Assembly (NCBI GenBank): GCA_032718475.1
Contig: JAUCBJ010004307.1
Location: 1-44,924, forward strand
Direction of reading: 5' to 3'
DNA: 44,924 bases
DNA from: Nemertoderma westbladi
Lineage: Eukaryota > Animalia > Xenacoelomorpha
Below the pieces are notes generated by a model. It did not search any database, was not told the DNA's origin, and saw only the letters and a program-made list of their open reading frames with translations. The translations under genes were made by a program, and so were the position numbers. Of this stretch, positions 1-9,810 are shown piece by piece (position 1 is the first letter of the stretch; every line of letters begins with the position of its first letter).

Positions 1-58
1 CTGTGTTCTCCTGGTTCGTCCTGGGGGGTGGACAACGCTCCTACATAATAATCAGCTG

Positions 59-3000
59 TTATTGTAGATTTCCAACTTGCATAATGCCTGACATGTTGAG
101 CTTAGTTTGGAACTTGGGTTGTCCAGCAAATATATCTTCGGCTAGCTCTTTGTCGATGAATGTTCCTGTACTACCGGAGTCAAGGAGGGCGTTCACTACA
201 TAACTCCTCTCAGGTCCGTGAACTCTTACTTGCACCACAGGAAACTCTCGGATCCCTACATTGGAAGATGGCTCTTTCCAAGATGGTTGTCGCTCAGAAG
301 TAGTTAGAGTAAAGTCGTTGTCTGGATCCTTTTCATAGGTGAGTGCTCGATACACTGCGGTATTTATCATGTAACAGGATTCGTTTTCGTCGGAGAACTC
401 GTCTGTATAGAATCCTTCCATCTCAGATTGATCAGTGTCGTTCACATCACTGAATTGGACATGTAGCTCGGAATCACTTACCTGATTCGGACTATTTCGA
501 TCGAATTCAGCGTGCAACAAGATATGATGTTTCGCACCACACTTTGCACACCTTATGTCAGAGAAACAGGTTCGCCGTTGGTGTCCTTGTCTGAGGCAAT
601 TATAACATAACCGCTTATCCCACATGACTTCGCGTCTCTCCGTTAATGATTTCTTTAGAAATTCATCACACCTATTCAAATGGTGGATCCCGTCACACAG
701 CGCACATTTTGGTTTGATGTTACTTACCTTATTCTGAGTCACATTGTGTACACTGGCCTTTTCTTCGGGCTTTCTCACCTGAATTCTCTTGGGAGACGTG
801 GGAGGAGTTTTTCTTACCTGTTCTCTCCTGTCATTTGCTCGAGACTTGAATTTACTTACCTGATCTTTAGGCATTTTATTGACATAATAAGATCTATCAG
901 TGTCTTTCCCGCTATCTTCTCCTTGAGAAGTCTGGCTTTCGCCGTCGTCTGTATAACACACTGGTGTTACCTTTCTCCTAGAGAAGGGTTTTTCACTTAC
1001 CTTGTTTTCCGGTGTCTTCTCTCGGGATTGCTTGAGGAGTTGCAATTTCACTTCTCCATCCAAGAATGACATGAGATCAGTCATGGTAGGGTCTCGTCGT
1101 TGTTGTTCCATCATATATAGTACTTTCTTATCCCAGCGTGTGCCTACCCCACCTTTCGGTAAAGTAGAAGCCACAGCTCCAATGACCATAGAACTTTGGT
1201 ATTCATGAGACTTACCTAACCAATCTAATTGTCTACAGATCTCTTGAATCTCATCGGAAAACTCTATTATCCCACTGCTGATGAACTTTCTGGGCGCTAC
1301 CAATTTTGCATATAAATACTTAGCGATATTATTCCTATTACCATACCTGATGTTTAGTGTGTCCCAAACTTGTCTTAATCCGTCTGGATGTCCAATAAAC
1401 TTTAACGCCATTAACTTGGGAGATCCTTCCAAGCACTCGATGAGGTATCTAAGTTTTTCTCCATTAGATAGTACAGAGTTCTGTATGTTATCTTTGTAAT
1501 ATTCATTAAAAGGTAACCATTTCATCTCATCTCCATTGAATTTGACTATCTCTCCCACCTTCACCGCTTGCCGGGCTTCGGTTCTAGCCATTTGACGCGT
1601 AAAACTTTCTTGGGCCATCGTGTTATTTAATATCGAATTATCGGTATATAAATTTCTCGGATTATGATCAGTTCTATAGGGAATATCATTATCAACAGGT
1701 CTATAATTACCCTTAATAGGGTTCACTATAGGAGTTTCTACTTCGCTAGCAGTATATATGCGTGTAGGCTCCACACCTTGCGCATGCGATACTTCAGACC
1801 TAACAGGTTGACACATTGTTACAGAGGGTGGTGGTATACCTCTTTGAGTATTTACTAATTTATCGCGTTCTAACGCGATACTTTGCTGCACTTCTTGCAA
1901 CTCTAGCCTACTTTCCCTTACTGTGCCCTTGAACTGCTGGACAGTCTCCTGCATCTGTCCGAGCAGGATATCCATCCCCCGCCGTCCCTCGTCCACCCAT
2001 TCGACCGCCGAAGCGGGAGTCGCCAACGTTGTAGCGGGCGGACGATGGACAACGGGCGACAAATTAGGAATATTTCGCTCGGGACCCAGGACCTGAACTG
2101 TCTCTGGGGCAGTTCTAAGGGGCACAGGTAGCTTAGTGCTATGCAGAGGGAATTTAGAGGTAGTTTCAGGGAGCACAGGTGTGTCTATCACCGAAGGGGT
2201 GATTTCAAGAACAGGCCTAATTATTTCAGGCTCATCTACTATAGTAGGGAGTCTTTCTATTTTAATTATTTGGTCTGTGGGCTCTGTACTACCTAAGTTG
2301 GTGTTATTTAGTTGCCTTCTAACAGCTGGAGGCAAATCAGGCAATTTCTGACGGTGGAATGTTCTTTTACGTCTACTTAGACGAGATCTATTTCCCTTGC
2401 CTTCAGTATCGGTGGTATCGCCTTCCTCAGATGATGTATATCCCTGTCTTTTGGGAGTAGATCGATTCATCATCTGCATATTACTAGCTGTTAACTGTTT
2501 ATTTATGCAGTCTTGATTCTCCTGAATGTTTTCCAATTCTAATTGGGTGGTTTCTTCAGTCGCTCTCCGTTCGGCTTCTGCCACTGCCTCCGCCGCTTTT
2601 CTTTCCACTTCGGCCACTGCCTCTGCTGCCGCTACTGCCGCTTTTGCCTCTGCCGCTGCCACTGCCGCTGCCGCTTTTGTTTCTGCTTCGGCCGCTGCCT
2701 TTGCTGCTGCTACTGCCGCTTTTGCCTCTGCCGCTGCCACTGCCGCTGCCGCTATTGTTTCTGCTTCGGCCGCTGCCTTTGCTGCTGCTACTGCCGCTTT
2801 TGCCTCTGCCGCTGCCACTGCCGCTGCCGCTTTTGTTTCTACTTCTGCAGCTGCTACTGCTGCTGCTACTGCCGTTGCCTTTCTGTCTTCTATACGTTTT
2901 TTCTTTATTTGTTCTTCCTGGACTCGTGTGATGCGGAGTTGTTCATCAAATTTAGCCTGATTCGCAGCCCTCATTTCCACATCGATGGCATCCAACACAA

Positions 3001-4054
3001 GCTTGGTTCCTTCACTATTAGGGCTAAGTCCCTCTAACCTTCTCCTCAACTCGTCATCACCTAAAAAACGTTGATAGTCTGACAGATAAATGTCAATGGC
3101 ATCCCTCTTATGCGGTTTCTCTGCCGTCGCTTCACTTTCCACTTGGGAAAAAGTCGCGTCTGTTGATTCTCCATGGGTTGATCGCTCCTCCAGCTGAGCC
3201 TTCCACTGAGCTGTTCCTTGAACCTGGAGACTCACCCGTTGAAACCAAGTCTTTACGGCAACTTGCAACGACGTGTCTTGTCTTCGTTTAGAAGCCTCCT
3301 CAAAGGCTGATAAGATTAGCCTGATTCGTAGAATTCTTTCTCTAACTTGATAAAGCAGCAATCCCTGCTCTTGAGGTCCTTGAGGTTGTTGAAACAGTTG
3401 TTCTTTTAATCGCTCTATAGAGCTGAAGAATCCCTGTGCGTATCCGGCTGCGGACCTCTTCCACACAGCTGGATCGATGGTTTCCTTGGCTACTCCCATC
3501 CGGTGTATGTCTTCCCAGGCAGCTTCTGATAAATCAAACGGGACTCCGGGTCCGGGGAAGTTCCATTGCGACTCGACCATGGACTTCAGTTCTTCCCTTG
3601 TGTATCCAGCATAACTATCTCTAGTTGAACGCTGGCTTCTCGCCCAATCGATCTGGTGTTCTTCCACAGCGATCAATAACCTAGTGAGTACGGCTGCAGG
3701 AAGGATGAGAAGGGGATCCGAATAAACCTCATCCGTCATCCTTGCTCCGCGTTCGGGTGTCAGTTCTACCGTATCTTCACTACTGGAGCTATCGGGCCGT
3801 TGAGAAGTACGTTCTTGGCTCGCGGGTTGTTGCTGTTCCGCTGCTTCTTGGTCCCGTTTGACCTGAGCTCGAGTGCCTATGATAGACCTACGATGTTGAA
3901 CCAGCCTAGGTTCTTTTATTACTACTGGAGGGATGACCTTTCTCACAGTGGGAGGTGAACTGAACTTACGACCAGACGGTTCTATATCTCTATCTGAGTC
4001 GCAGATAGTTACATCTAATAGACTGTCTGACAGGTTCTGCTTAGTATCAGACAT
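59..4054 (-). CDS. gag: BEL/Pao Gag-protease polyprotein N-terminal part (1331 aa), ended by a 1-nt frameshift in the protease region
   Basis: DUF1759-like segment (FNGDEMKWLPF...EKLRYLIECLEG...L..RYG), knuckles CALCDGIHHLNRC, CYNCLRQGHQRRTC and CAKCGAKHHILLH, and aspartic protease ALLDSGSTGTFI. Relative to element B (gtttggaaa), A reads gttggaaa near 73-75, and the homologous sequence (ADYYVGALSTPQDE) continues in another frame to base 1. Confidence 0.93.
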   Translation of the reverse strand: MSDTKQNLSDSLLDVTICDSDRDIEPSGRKFSSPPTVRKVIPPVVIKEPRLVQHRRSIIGTRAQVKRDQEAAEQQQPASQERTSQRPDSSSSEDTVELTPERGARMTDEVYSDPLLILPAAVLTRLLIAVEEHQIDWARSQRSTRDSYAGYTREELKSMVESQWNFPGPGVPFDLSEAAWEDIHRMGVAKETIDPAVWKRSAAGYAQGFFSSIERLKEQLFQQPQGPQEQGLLLYQVRERILRIRLILSAFEEASKRRQDTSLQVAVKTWFQRVSLQVQGTAQWKAQLEERSTHGESTDATFSQVESEATAEKPHKRDAIDIYLSDYQRFLGDDELRRRLEGLSPNSEGTKLVLDAIDVEMRAANQAKFDEQLRITRVQEEQIKKKRIEDRKATAVAAAVAAAEVETKAAAAVAAAEAKAAVAAAKAAAEAETIAAAAVAAAEAKAAVAAAKAAAEAETKAAAAVAAAEAKAAVAAAEAVAEVERKAAEAVAEAERRATEETTQLELENIQENQDCINKQLTASNMQMMNRSTPKRQGYTSSEEGDTTDTEGKGNRSRLSRRKRTFHRQKLPDLPPAVRRQLNNTNLGSTEPTDQIIKIERLPTIVDEPEIIRPVLEITPSVIDTPVLPETTSKFPLHSTKLPVPLRTAPETVQVLGPERNIPNLSPVVHRPPATTLATPASAVEWVDEGRRGMDILLGQMQETVQQFKGTVRESRLELQEVQQSIALERDKLVNTQRGIPPPSVTMCQPVRSEVSHAQGVEPTRIYTASEVETPIVNPIKGNYRPVDNDIPYRTDHNPRNLYTDNSILNNTMAQESFTRQMARTEARQAVKVGEIVKFNGDEMKWLPFNEYYKDNIQNSVLSNGEKLRYLIECLEGSPKLMALKFIGHPDGLRQVWDTLNIRYGNRNNIAKYLYAKLVAPRKFISSGIIEFSDEIQEICRQLDWLGKSHEYQSSMVIGAVASTLPKGGVGTRWDKKVLYMMEQQRRDPTMTDLMSFLDGEVKLQLLKQSREKTPENKVSEKPFSRRKVTPVCYTDDGESQTSQGEDSGKDTDRSYYVNKMPKDQVSKFKSRANDRREQVRKTPPTSPKRIQVRKPEEKASVHNVTQNKVSNIKPKCALCDGIHHLNRCDEFLKKSLTERREVMWDKRLCYNCLRQGHQRRTCFSDIRCAKCGAKHHILLHAEFDRNSPNQVSDSELHVQFSDVNDTDQSEMEGFYTDEFSDENESCYMINTAVYRALTYEKDPDNDFTLTTSERQPSWKEPSSNVGIREFPVVQVRVHGPERSYVVNALLDSGSTGTFIDKELAEDIFAGQPKFQTKLNMSGIMQVGNLQ
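2560..2880 (-). repeat. Coding tandem repeat in gag (63-bp / 21-aa Ala-rich unit, about 3 copies)
   Basis: AAAAVAAAEAKAAVAAAKAAAEAET-type repeats. The homologous stretch in element B is shorter. Confidence 0.85.
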
Positions 4055-4169
4055 GTTTGTGAGTACAGTTGAATGCCTACTGCTATATTACAGTCTAAGC
4101 AAGTCTAGTAATTCAGTATTAACTGCTAGCCTAGTAATTAATTACCGATACTGCTACTCATTGTAGCGT

Positions 4170-4560
4170 GATATATATATAATATATTAAAATACCGGTA
4201 TGCTCATAGTATATATAAGTATTATTACAGACTAAGTTTATCTCAGAATACCGGTATAATTTTAACACAAATATATATAAATATATAATAGGCCTATCGG
4301 GAATACCGGTATACAGCTTACAATTTGTAGTATATATAATTCTGGACTAGAATTAATTACAAGTACCGGTATAATTTCAGCCTAAAGTTATAGAAATAAA
4401 GATAATAGGCCTATCGTAAATACCGGTATGCAGTTTACACTTATAGTATATATATATAAGTATAATTACAAACTAGAATTAATTACAGAATACCGGTATG
4501 ACTTCAACCTAAAATTCATAAAAATAAATATAATAAGCCTATTATAAATACCGGTATATC
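4170..4560. repeat. Degenerate ~57-bp tandem repeat in the 5' UTR of element A, each unit containing the palindrome TACCGGTA
   Basis: Seven TACCGGTA occurrences between about 4193 and 4556. Five occur in the homologous region of element B (about 31766-32015). Confidence 0.8.
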
Positions 4561-4868
4561 AATTATTTTAAATAACTGAATTTCTGAATTTTAAGGGTTA
4601 CTTGGTTACTTTAACTTACTTTATTGCCGTTATTTAAGCAGTAGTCCAACTGATATTGAGACCTAATTGTTGTATGGCAGGCCTACTATTTATAAATCGT
4701 TTGAGTTGATTTATAATATATATATACCCGTTTTAATGGGTTTTGTCAATGTTGAAATAAATGTTATTATTTCTGGGGAGTAATCACTACACAAAGCGGT
4801 GCGCTTTCAGTGAAGTGTTACTTATAGGACACTAAAACAAATAATTCTAATTTACCTAAGTTACTTAA

Positions 4869-5579
4869 GGGGGGGGTACACCATTTTGGTCCAAAATATG
4901 TCGAAATTTTTTTTATGGTCTATTGTAATGCACCATTGAATGGTGTTTCCAAATCTGAAAACCGCTATTTAATAGCTCTTTTAGTTTTAAAGTTATGTAA
5001 ATTTCCATTTACTGAATCCTATTGAAATTACTATTACTATGTATAATGAAAGGTCGATTATCTCCAAATATTTTTTTCATGAAATTGTCAACTTCAAAAC
5101 CCTACTACTTCTACGATTTTTGAGTAATTAGTCTGAAACTTCCTGTGGGTGTCTAGATAGCCACCCTGCATAAAAGTATCAGGCAACTTTTCGAAATTTT
5201 TTGTTAATAAAATTTAATACTATTTATAAAAAACCTAAAAATTTGCATAAATTTGCAGCGCCACCTAGCGGTGCAGAATTATTTTAACAAAATTTCGCCT
5301 GATAGTTATGTTGCCCCATCTTTGATCTATCATATAAAAAAACTTTCATGTGATTAGGTTCAAAACTGTAAAAGCCTTAGGGTTTTAAGCGCAACCAAGT
5401 TTTTTTTGTTGTTAACTAGTATTAACTAATATTAAATAGCGCAAAAAAAAAATTTTCTGACCTGTCATGTAGAATAGCATCTTAGGCACCTATATGCCAA
5501 ATTTTAGCCAAAACCAAACAATGTTGAAACGCTGAGAGTGATAAATCGAAGAGTTGTCCGAAAATGGTGTACCCCCCCC
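4869..5579. mobile_element. Non-autonomous DNA transposon (MITE), Kolobok-like, inserted in the 5' UTR of element A
   Basis: Perfect 19-bp TIRs GGGGGGGGTACACCATTTT and TTAA TSD (4865-4868, 5580-5583). The empty site gttacTTAAtactaca is present in element B near 32325. A TTAA TSD with RR...YY termini fits Kolobok rather than piggyBac (CC...GG). Confidence 0.9.
5241..5272 (-). promoter_or_regulatory. CTCF-consensus-like site plus octamer motif inside the MITE
   Basis: The minus strand of 5255-5272 contains CCGCTAGGTGGCGC, matching the CTCF core consensus CCRSYAGRKGGCRS. ATTTGCAT lies at 5241-5248. Motif match only. Confidence 0.45.
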
Positions 5580-6220
5580 TTAATACTACAAATTACGTAC
5601 AATTCGGGTGAGATTACAATCTCTAAATAAACACAAAAAATTTACAAAAAACACAAAATACGAATTTTTTAGGGTAATTTTACAAGAAGTCTACAAACCA
5701 GCCTAACAAAGGGTTAGAAATCTGGTTATTACAACGGACAGGGTACTACGGTATTTGAAATAATGAGTAGTAGTAAATACACTGCGTTGTCCAGATAGGA
5801 AAATACCACCGCCTGACGACCTATAGCCGTATCGCTATAGGTTCTACGTTATGTATCACGGAGTGTTCCTACCTAGAAGTTAATAGAGCTAATCGAACGT
5901 GCCTATTAACCACTTTACAACACAAATATAATGTCTACACTAATTACTTCGGAAAGTACTGCACACTAAACCCTAAATTAGGTATGAGTACTTGTACAAC
6001 ATATAATCAGTAGTTAAATATACTTGAACAGCTAAAAGAACCACGGCATCTGCTGGAGTGACCGATGCACAAAATCACCAGTCTTTACCTACGCCAAGCA
6101 GCCCGTGTAGTACCGGGGTTAATTTAACTATAGCGGTATGTATAACAGACACAATTACTGTAGGAACAAACTTGGGGAATGAATGTTGCGAATAATCGCA
6201 TAAACTCTGAATAATAAATA

Positions 6221-6800
6221 TTACGCTACGCGTACAAACTACTCAAACAAAATGCAGACCGAACACTGACAGACTACTATCAAGCCTAAACAAACTACGG
6301 GACATGCAGACTCCGAAATGATTAGGGAGTATGCGTTCTAACCCAGTAGTACGACTTATTCTTTAGTTGGGGGTTTACCTTACAGCATTCGCTGCCCCTA
6401 CTTCCTAACCGTACTTAATCGGACAGGTGATCTACACACGCTGCAATCCGCACAGGCCTAATAACAGCCAGACAACTATCCAGCCTACAAATTATCTAAA
6501 TAAAATTATACGCTACCCGTACAGACTTACACAAACAAAGTACAGACTAAACGATGGCAGACTACTCTCAAGCCTAAATAAACTACAGGACATGCAGACT
6601 CCGAAATGATTAGGGAGTATGCGCTCTAACCCAGTAGTGCGACTTATTCTTTAGTTGGGGGTTTACCTTACAGCGTTCGCTGCCCCTACTTCCTAACCGT
6701 ACTTAATCGGACAGATGATCTACACACACTGCAATCCGTTCAGACTTAACAGCAATCAGACAACAGCTCAGCCTATAAATTGTCTGTACAATCTGATCAG
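6221..6800. repeat. ~290-bp tandem duplication in the 5' UTR of element A
   Basis: gacatgcagactccgaaatgattagggagtatgcg...cttaatcggacag occurs near 6301 and near 6590. Element B has a single copy (about 32970-33260). Confidence 0.85.
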
Positions 6801-7143
6801 GCTTACACGCCTTCTGTTCAATACTGGCCTACAAACAAATAAAACTTGACAGAAATAAGTAAAAATCTCAATAAAAAACCAGGGCTGCAGTCCCTGATTA
6901 ATTATTAAGGCCTACCGGTATATAACTATCAAATTCGAATAATACTAATGCACTTATACGGGAAGTACCGGTTAGGACAGTTAGGCCTGCGGACCTACAG
7001 AAGTACCGGTTCTGGCAGTTGGACCTACGGACCTACGGCAGTACCGGTTCTGGCAGTTGGGCCTACTGACCTACAGATGCACCGGTTCAGGTTTACCGGT
7101 TGACCGGTACTTTCAACTTTATTGCTTACTGCAATAAAGAAGC

Positions 7144-7155
7144 TATATCCTTTAA
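7144..7155 (-). promoter_or_regulatory. Primer-binding-site position of element A (TTAAAGGATATA); not tRNA-complementary, complementary to its own LTR
   Basis: Directly follows the LTR end ...GCGAACA on the minus strand and lacks TGG. It is 12/12 complementary to minus-strand LTR sequence at 7902-7913. Confidence 0.7.
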
Positions 7156-8404
7156 TGTTCGCGCTTTCAGACCTTTGGCAGTTTAACCCGCCAAATTAAG
7201 GTGTCTTCTAGATATTAAATCGCTTTTTAGCCTATGACAAGTATTTGATTCACTACACTAGTCGAAACCAATCTGTGCGCGACCATTCACCCGCTGGATA
7301 TTCCCGGGAGATTGGGTTCGACGGTTTAATTTTATTGCTATGTAAGCCTAATGTATTATTCGACTGACAGTATTATATAATCTCTGACAATATTATTCAC
7401 CTTCGGGAATATTAACAGTTCCTTTAGGACGTGGCGCTTTATCTATATAAACAGAGTTATGACTTAAACTACTCACAACGATATGGCTCAATTATAATTC
7501 ACATATATGGCGCATTCTTTAGGAATTGCTTCTTTAACAGACTCACTCATACACAATGCTGCACAATACTGCACACTAATCTGCCAATCTTCACTGATTT
7601 TAGTCACATATAAAAGGAACACAGACTGACTCATGTAGGGTCTATCAAATAACATTAGATTCACTTCAAACCACTTTAACATAAGTCACAATCGTTATTG
7701 GTAACCTTTCTCTCTTACCTTCGGTATATCAAGAATATTGGGTTTTCGGGGTTATTTCTCGTTATTCCAAATATAATAATTCATCAACCATATTATGAAG
7801 AACTGACAGTAAATAGCAGTATAACAATATAAAGTATGCACAGTGTTACACAGTATGCAGTGTATGCAGTACTGCAGTATGCAGTGATTACGAAATTGCA
7901 GTTAAAGGATATATGTCCTTATAATTAAACCTACTAGTGTTGAGCTAAAAAGCAGAAAGCACAAAACACTACAAAGCCGTTCTTTCGTGGCTTTGAAAAA
8001 CTCGTGACTACTGCTCTATACAAGGATACCAACTACCCTTATTCCACGAAGCTCCCGTTCAACACAGAGAAAGAGCAGTGAGATAGGAAAATTTCAGTTC
8101 AGTAGCTCTGTGATAGGTCAAAATCAAAGCTAACTCAAATTCTATTGGGAGATACAGAAAGTTGCAACGTGGCAATATCAGCCGTTAGCCGTCGTCATGG
8201 TAGCGACACTGTTTTCAAGAGTATCGAGCCTTTTACGTCACGAAATTACAGATTATGTCCTCTAAAGTACAAATACAGAAGAAATGGCTTTTATGTCCTC
8301 CAAAACACCAGTACAGCAAGGACACGGCCTTTTTATGCCTGGTAAACCAACCACAGAGTACTTTACGGGGATAATAACCGGCTAATTACGCAAAGGCTTT
8401 TACA
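7156..8404 (-). repeat. LTR of element A (1249 bp), shared: 3' LTR of the right unit and 5' LTR of the left unit
   Basis: TGT...ACA termini, with boundaries matching the TSD-defined LTR ends of element B. On the minus strand it is preceded by the PPT-like GGGAGCGG and followed by 5' UTR and gag. Confidence 0.93.
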
Positions 8405-8412
8405 CCGCTCCC
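8405..8412 (-). promoter_or_regulatory. Short polypurine-tract-like sequence GGGAGCGG
   Basis: Immediately upstream of LTR TGTAAAAG on the minus strand. Identical in element B (22627-22634). Confidence 0.65.
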
Positions 8413-9187
8413 AGAAAATGGGATTTAAGTCTATAAAATATACAAAATCACAATTTCTAATATACATAAATACTCTAAACAGTTAGTCTTTCTTGCGCGG
8501 ACGGCGTTTACGCAGTTTTTTAAAGCTATCAAGAGTCATTTTCTCTTTGGGGGAAGCCACTTTACTAGGAGGGCCATAACTCCTGGGTGAAGGGTGCAAT
8601 ATGATTGCATTAAAAGGTTTGGGTTTACGGTCGGTGTCTCTTCCATTTCGATATGCTTCTCCTCGAGCTGATTTTCCTCCGCTTGTCATGGGATACGTTC
8701 GTCCAAAACTCTCGCAGAGAATAGGGTTTTCTAAGCTTGATATCTTCTTAGAGATTCGAGATTTCCCAATCGAACTGAGATAAGGCCAATTCGTTTATCG
8801 ATTGGACTTACTGTTATAACTTACGTTTATCTGAACAAACGCAGGTTTCTTTTTTGATCTTTATAGAATAGCGTTTAACTCGTTTCGTACAACGCTCTCC
8901 TTCACCTTGATGAAGGGTTGTATCGCGTTAAACGGGACGACCATACGGTTGGATAGTGATATTAGGTGTCTGCGTCATAATCCAGCTAGGTAAGATGGGC
9001 GGCTAGCTAGAAATCACTGTCGGAGTGTTACCGATTAATTGTTAGGGTAGCACTAGATCTTGAACAGTGAATACCGTCCGCGAGGATCCGCGACACCACC
9101 AGGATCGCAGGTCTGAGGTCCAACTAAGGAATGAGGAGGTTTGACCGAGTATTCCGGGATTCTGATCGTAGGTTTACTCTAGGATCG

Positions 9188-9810
9188 TTAGAGCCGAGTG
9201 AACATAGGTGATACGTCAAACAAGTTTCGCTCGAAACTCCAGTAATTATAACGAGCACAACTGTGTTTAACACAACGTTTCCGTGGATGTTTATGTCTTT
9301 CCGTTTATTAATTGGGTCTAGGGCATTTATCGTAATAATACCAAAGACGCACGTCTGGTAGGGGGAAACGCGGGTGATATTTATTTGTTGTTACAATGCT
9401 TCTATCAAGAATTCCAAATATACGTTGGAGTTACCGCGTTTATTTGTTTCTTTAATGTCTTTTCTTTCGAGTCGATTTCGAATAGGATTTTCGCATTAGA
9501 ATTTTGATTTATCGTTTCGACTCCTCTGGGTAGGATATGTTCGACATAGCCCGTATCGTGTAAATCGATAGAATGGCCAATGGTTAAGAAGTCCATATAC
9601 ATACCATTACAATGCGTGTAGCGAGCGGTGAATTTTCCATAGTCCAATTCACGCGTAAGTTACTTCCAGGAAATCGTAGGTTCAATATAACGACCATCAT
9701 CCTTCGTAGTAGTTGGACTAGTATCACCGCGTATCAAGCTATCAACAAACGCTTGAAAGTAGAGTATATCGCTCCCTGATACCAAGACCATCTTCTATCA
9801 ACTCCGTCAT
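9188..9810 (-). pseudogene. Degenerate copy of the retrotransposon 3' extra ORF
   Basis: Starts MTELIEDGLGIRERYTL, homologous to the B ORF MIELIEDDLGIRERYTL, then has a 2-nt deletion. DYGKFTARYTHCNGMYMDFLTIGHSIDLHDT matches B, followed by further indels. Confidence 0.75.

Noticed and set aside
59-80. Programmed gag-pol frameshift in element A
   Set aside because: BEL/Pao elements normally have one ORF, B is in frame here, and there is no slippery heptamer. It is a 1-nt deletion or sequencing error.
680-3037. Plus-strand ORFs, including Cys-rich and Leu-Pro-rich peptides
   Set aside because: Antisense shadows of gag and its Ala repeat.
7431-8345. Short ORFs inside LTR A (repeated at 12464-13378)
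   Set aside because: Under 70 aa, mostly non-ATG starts, not preserved in the B LTR, and duplicated only because the LTR is.
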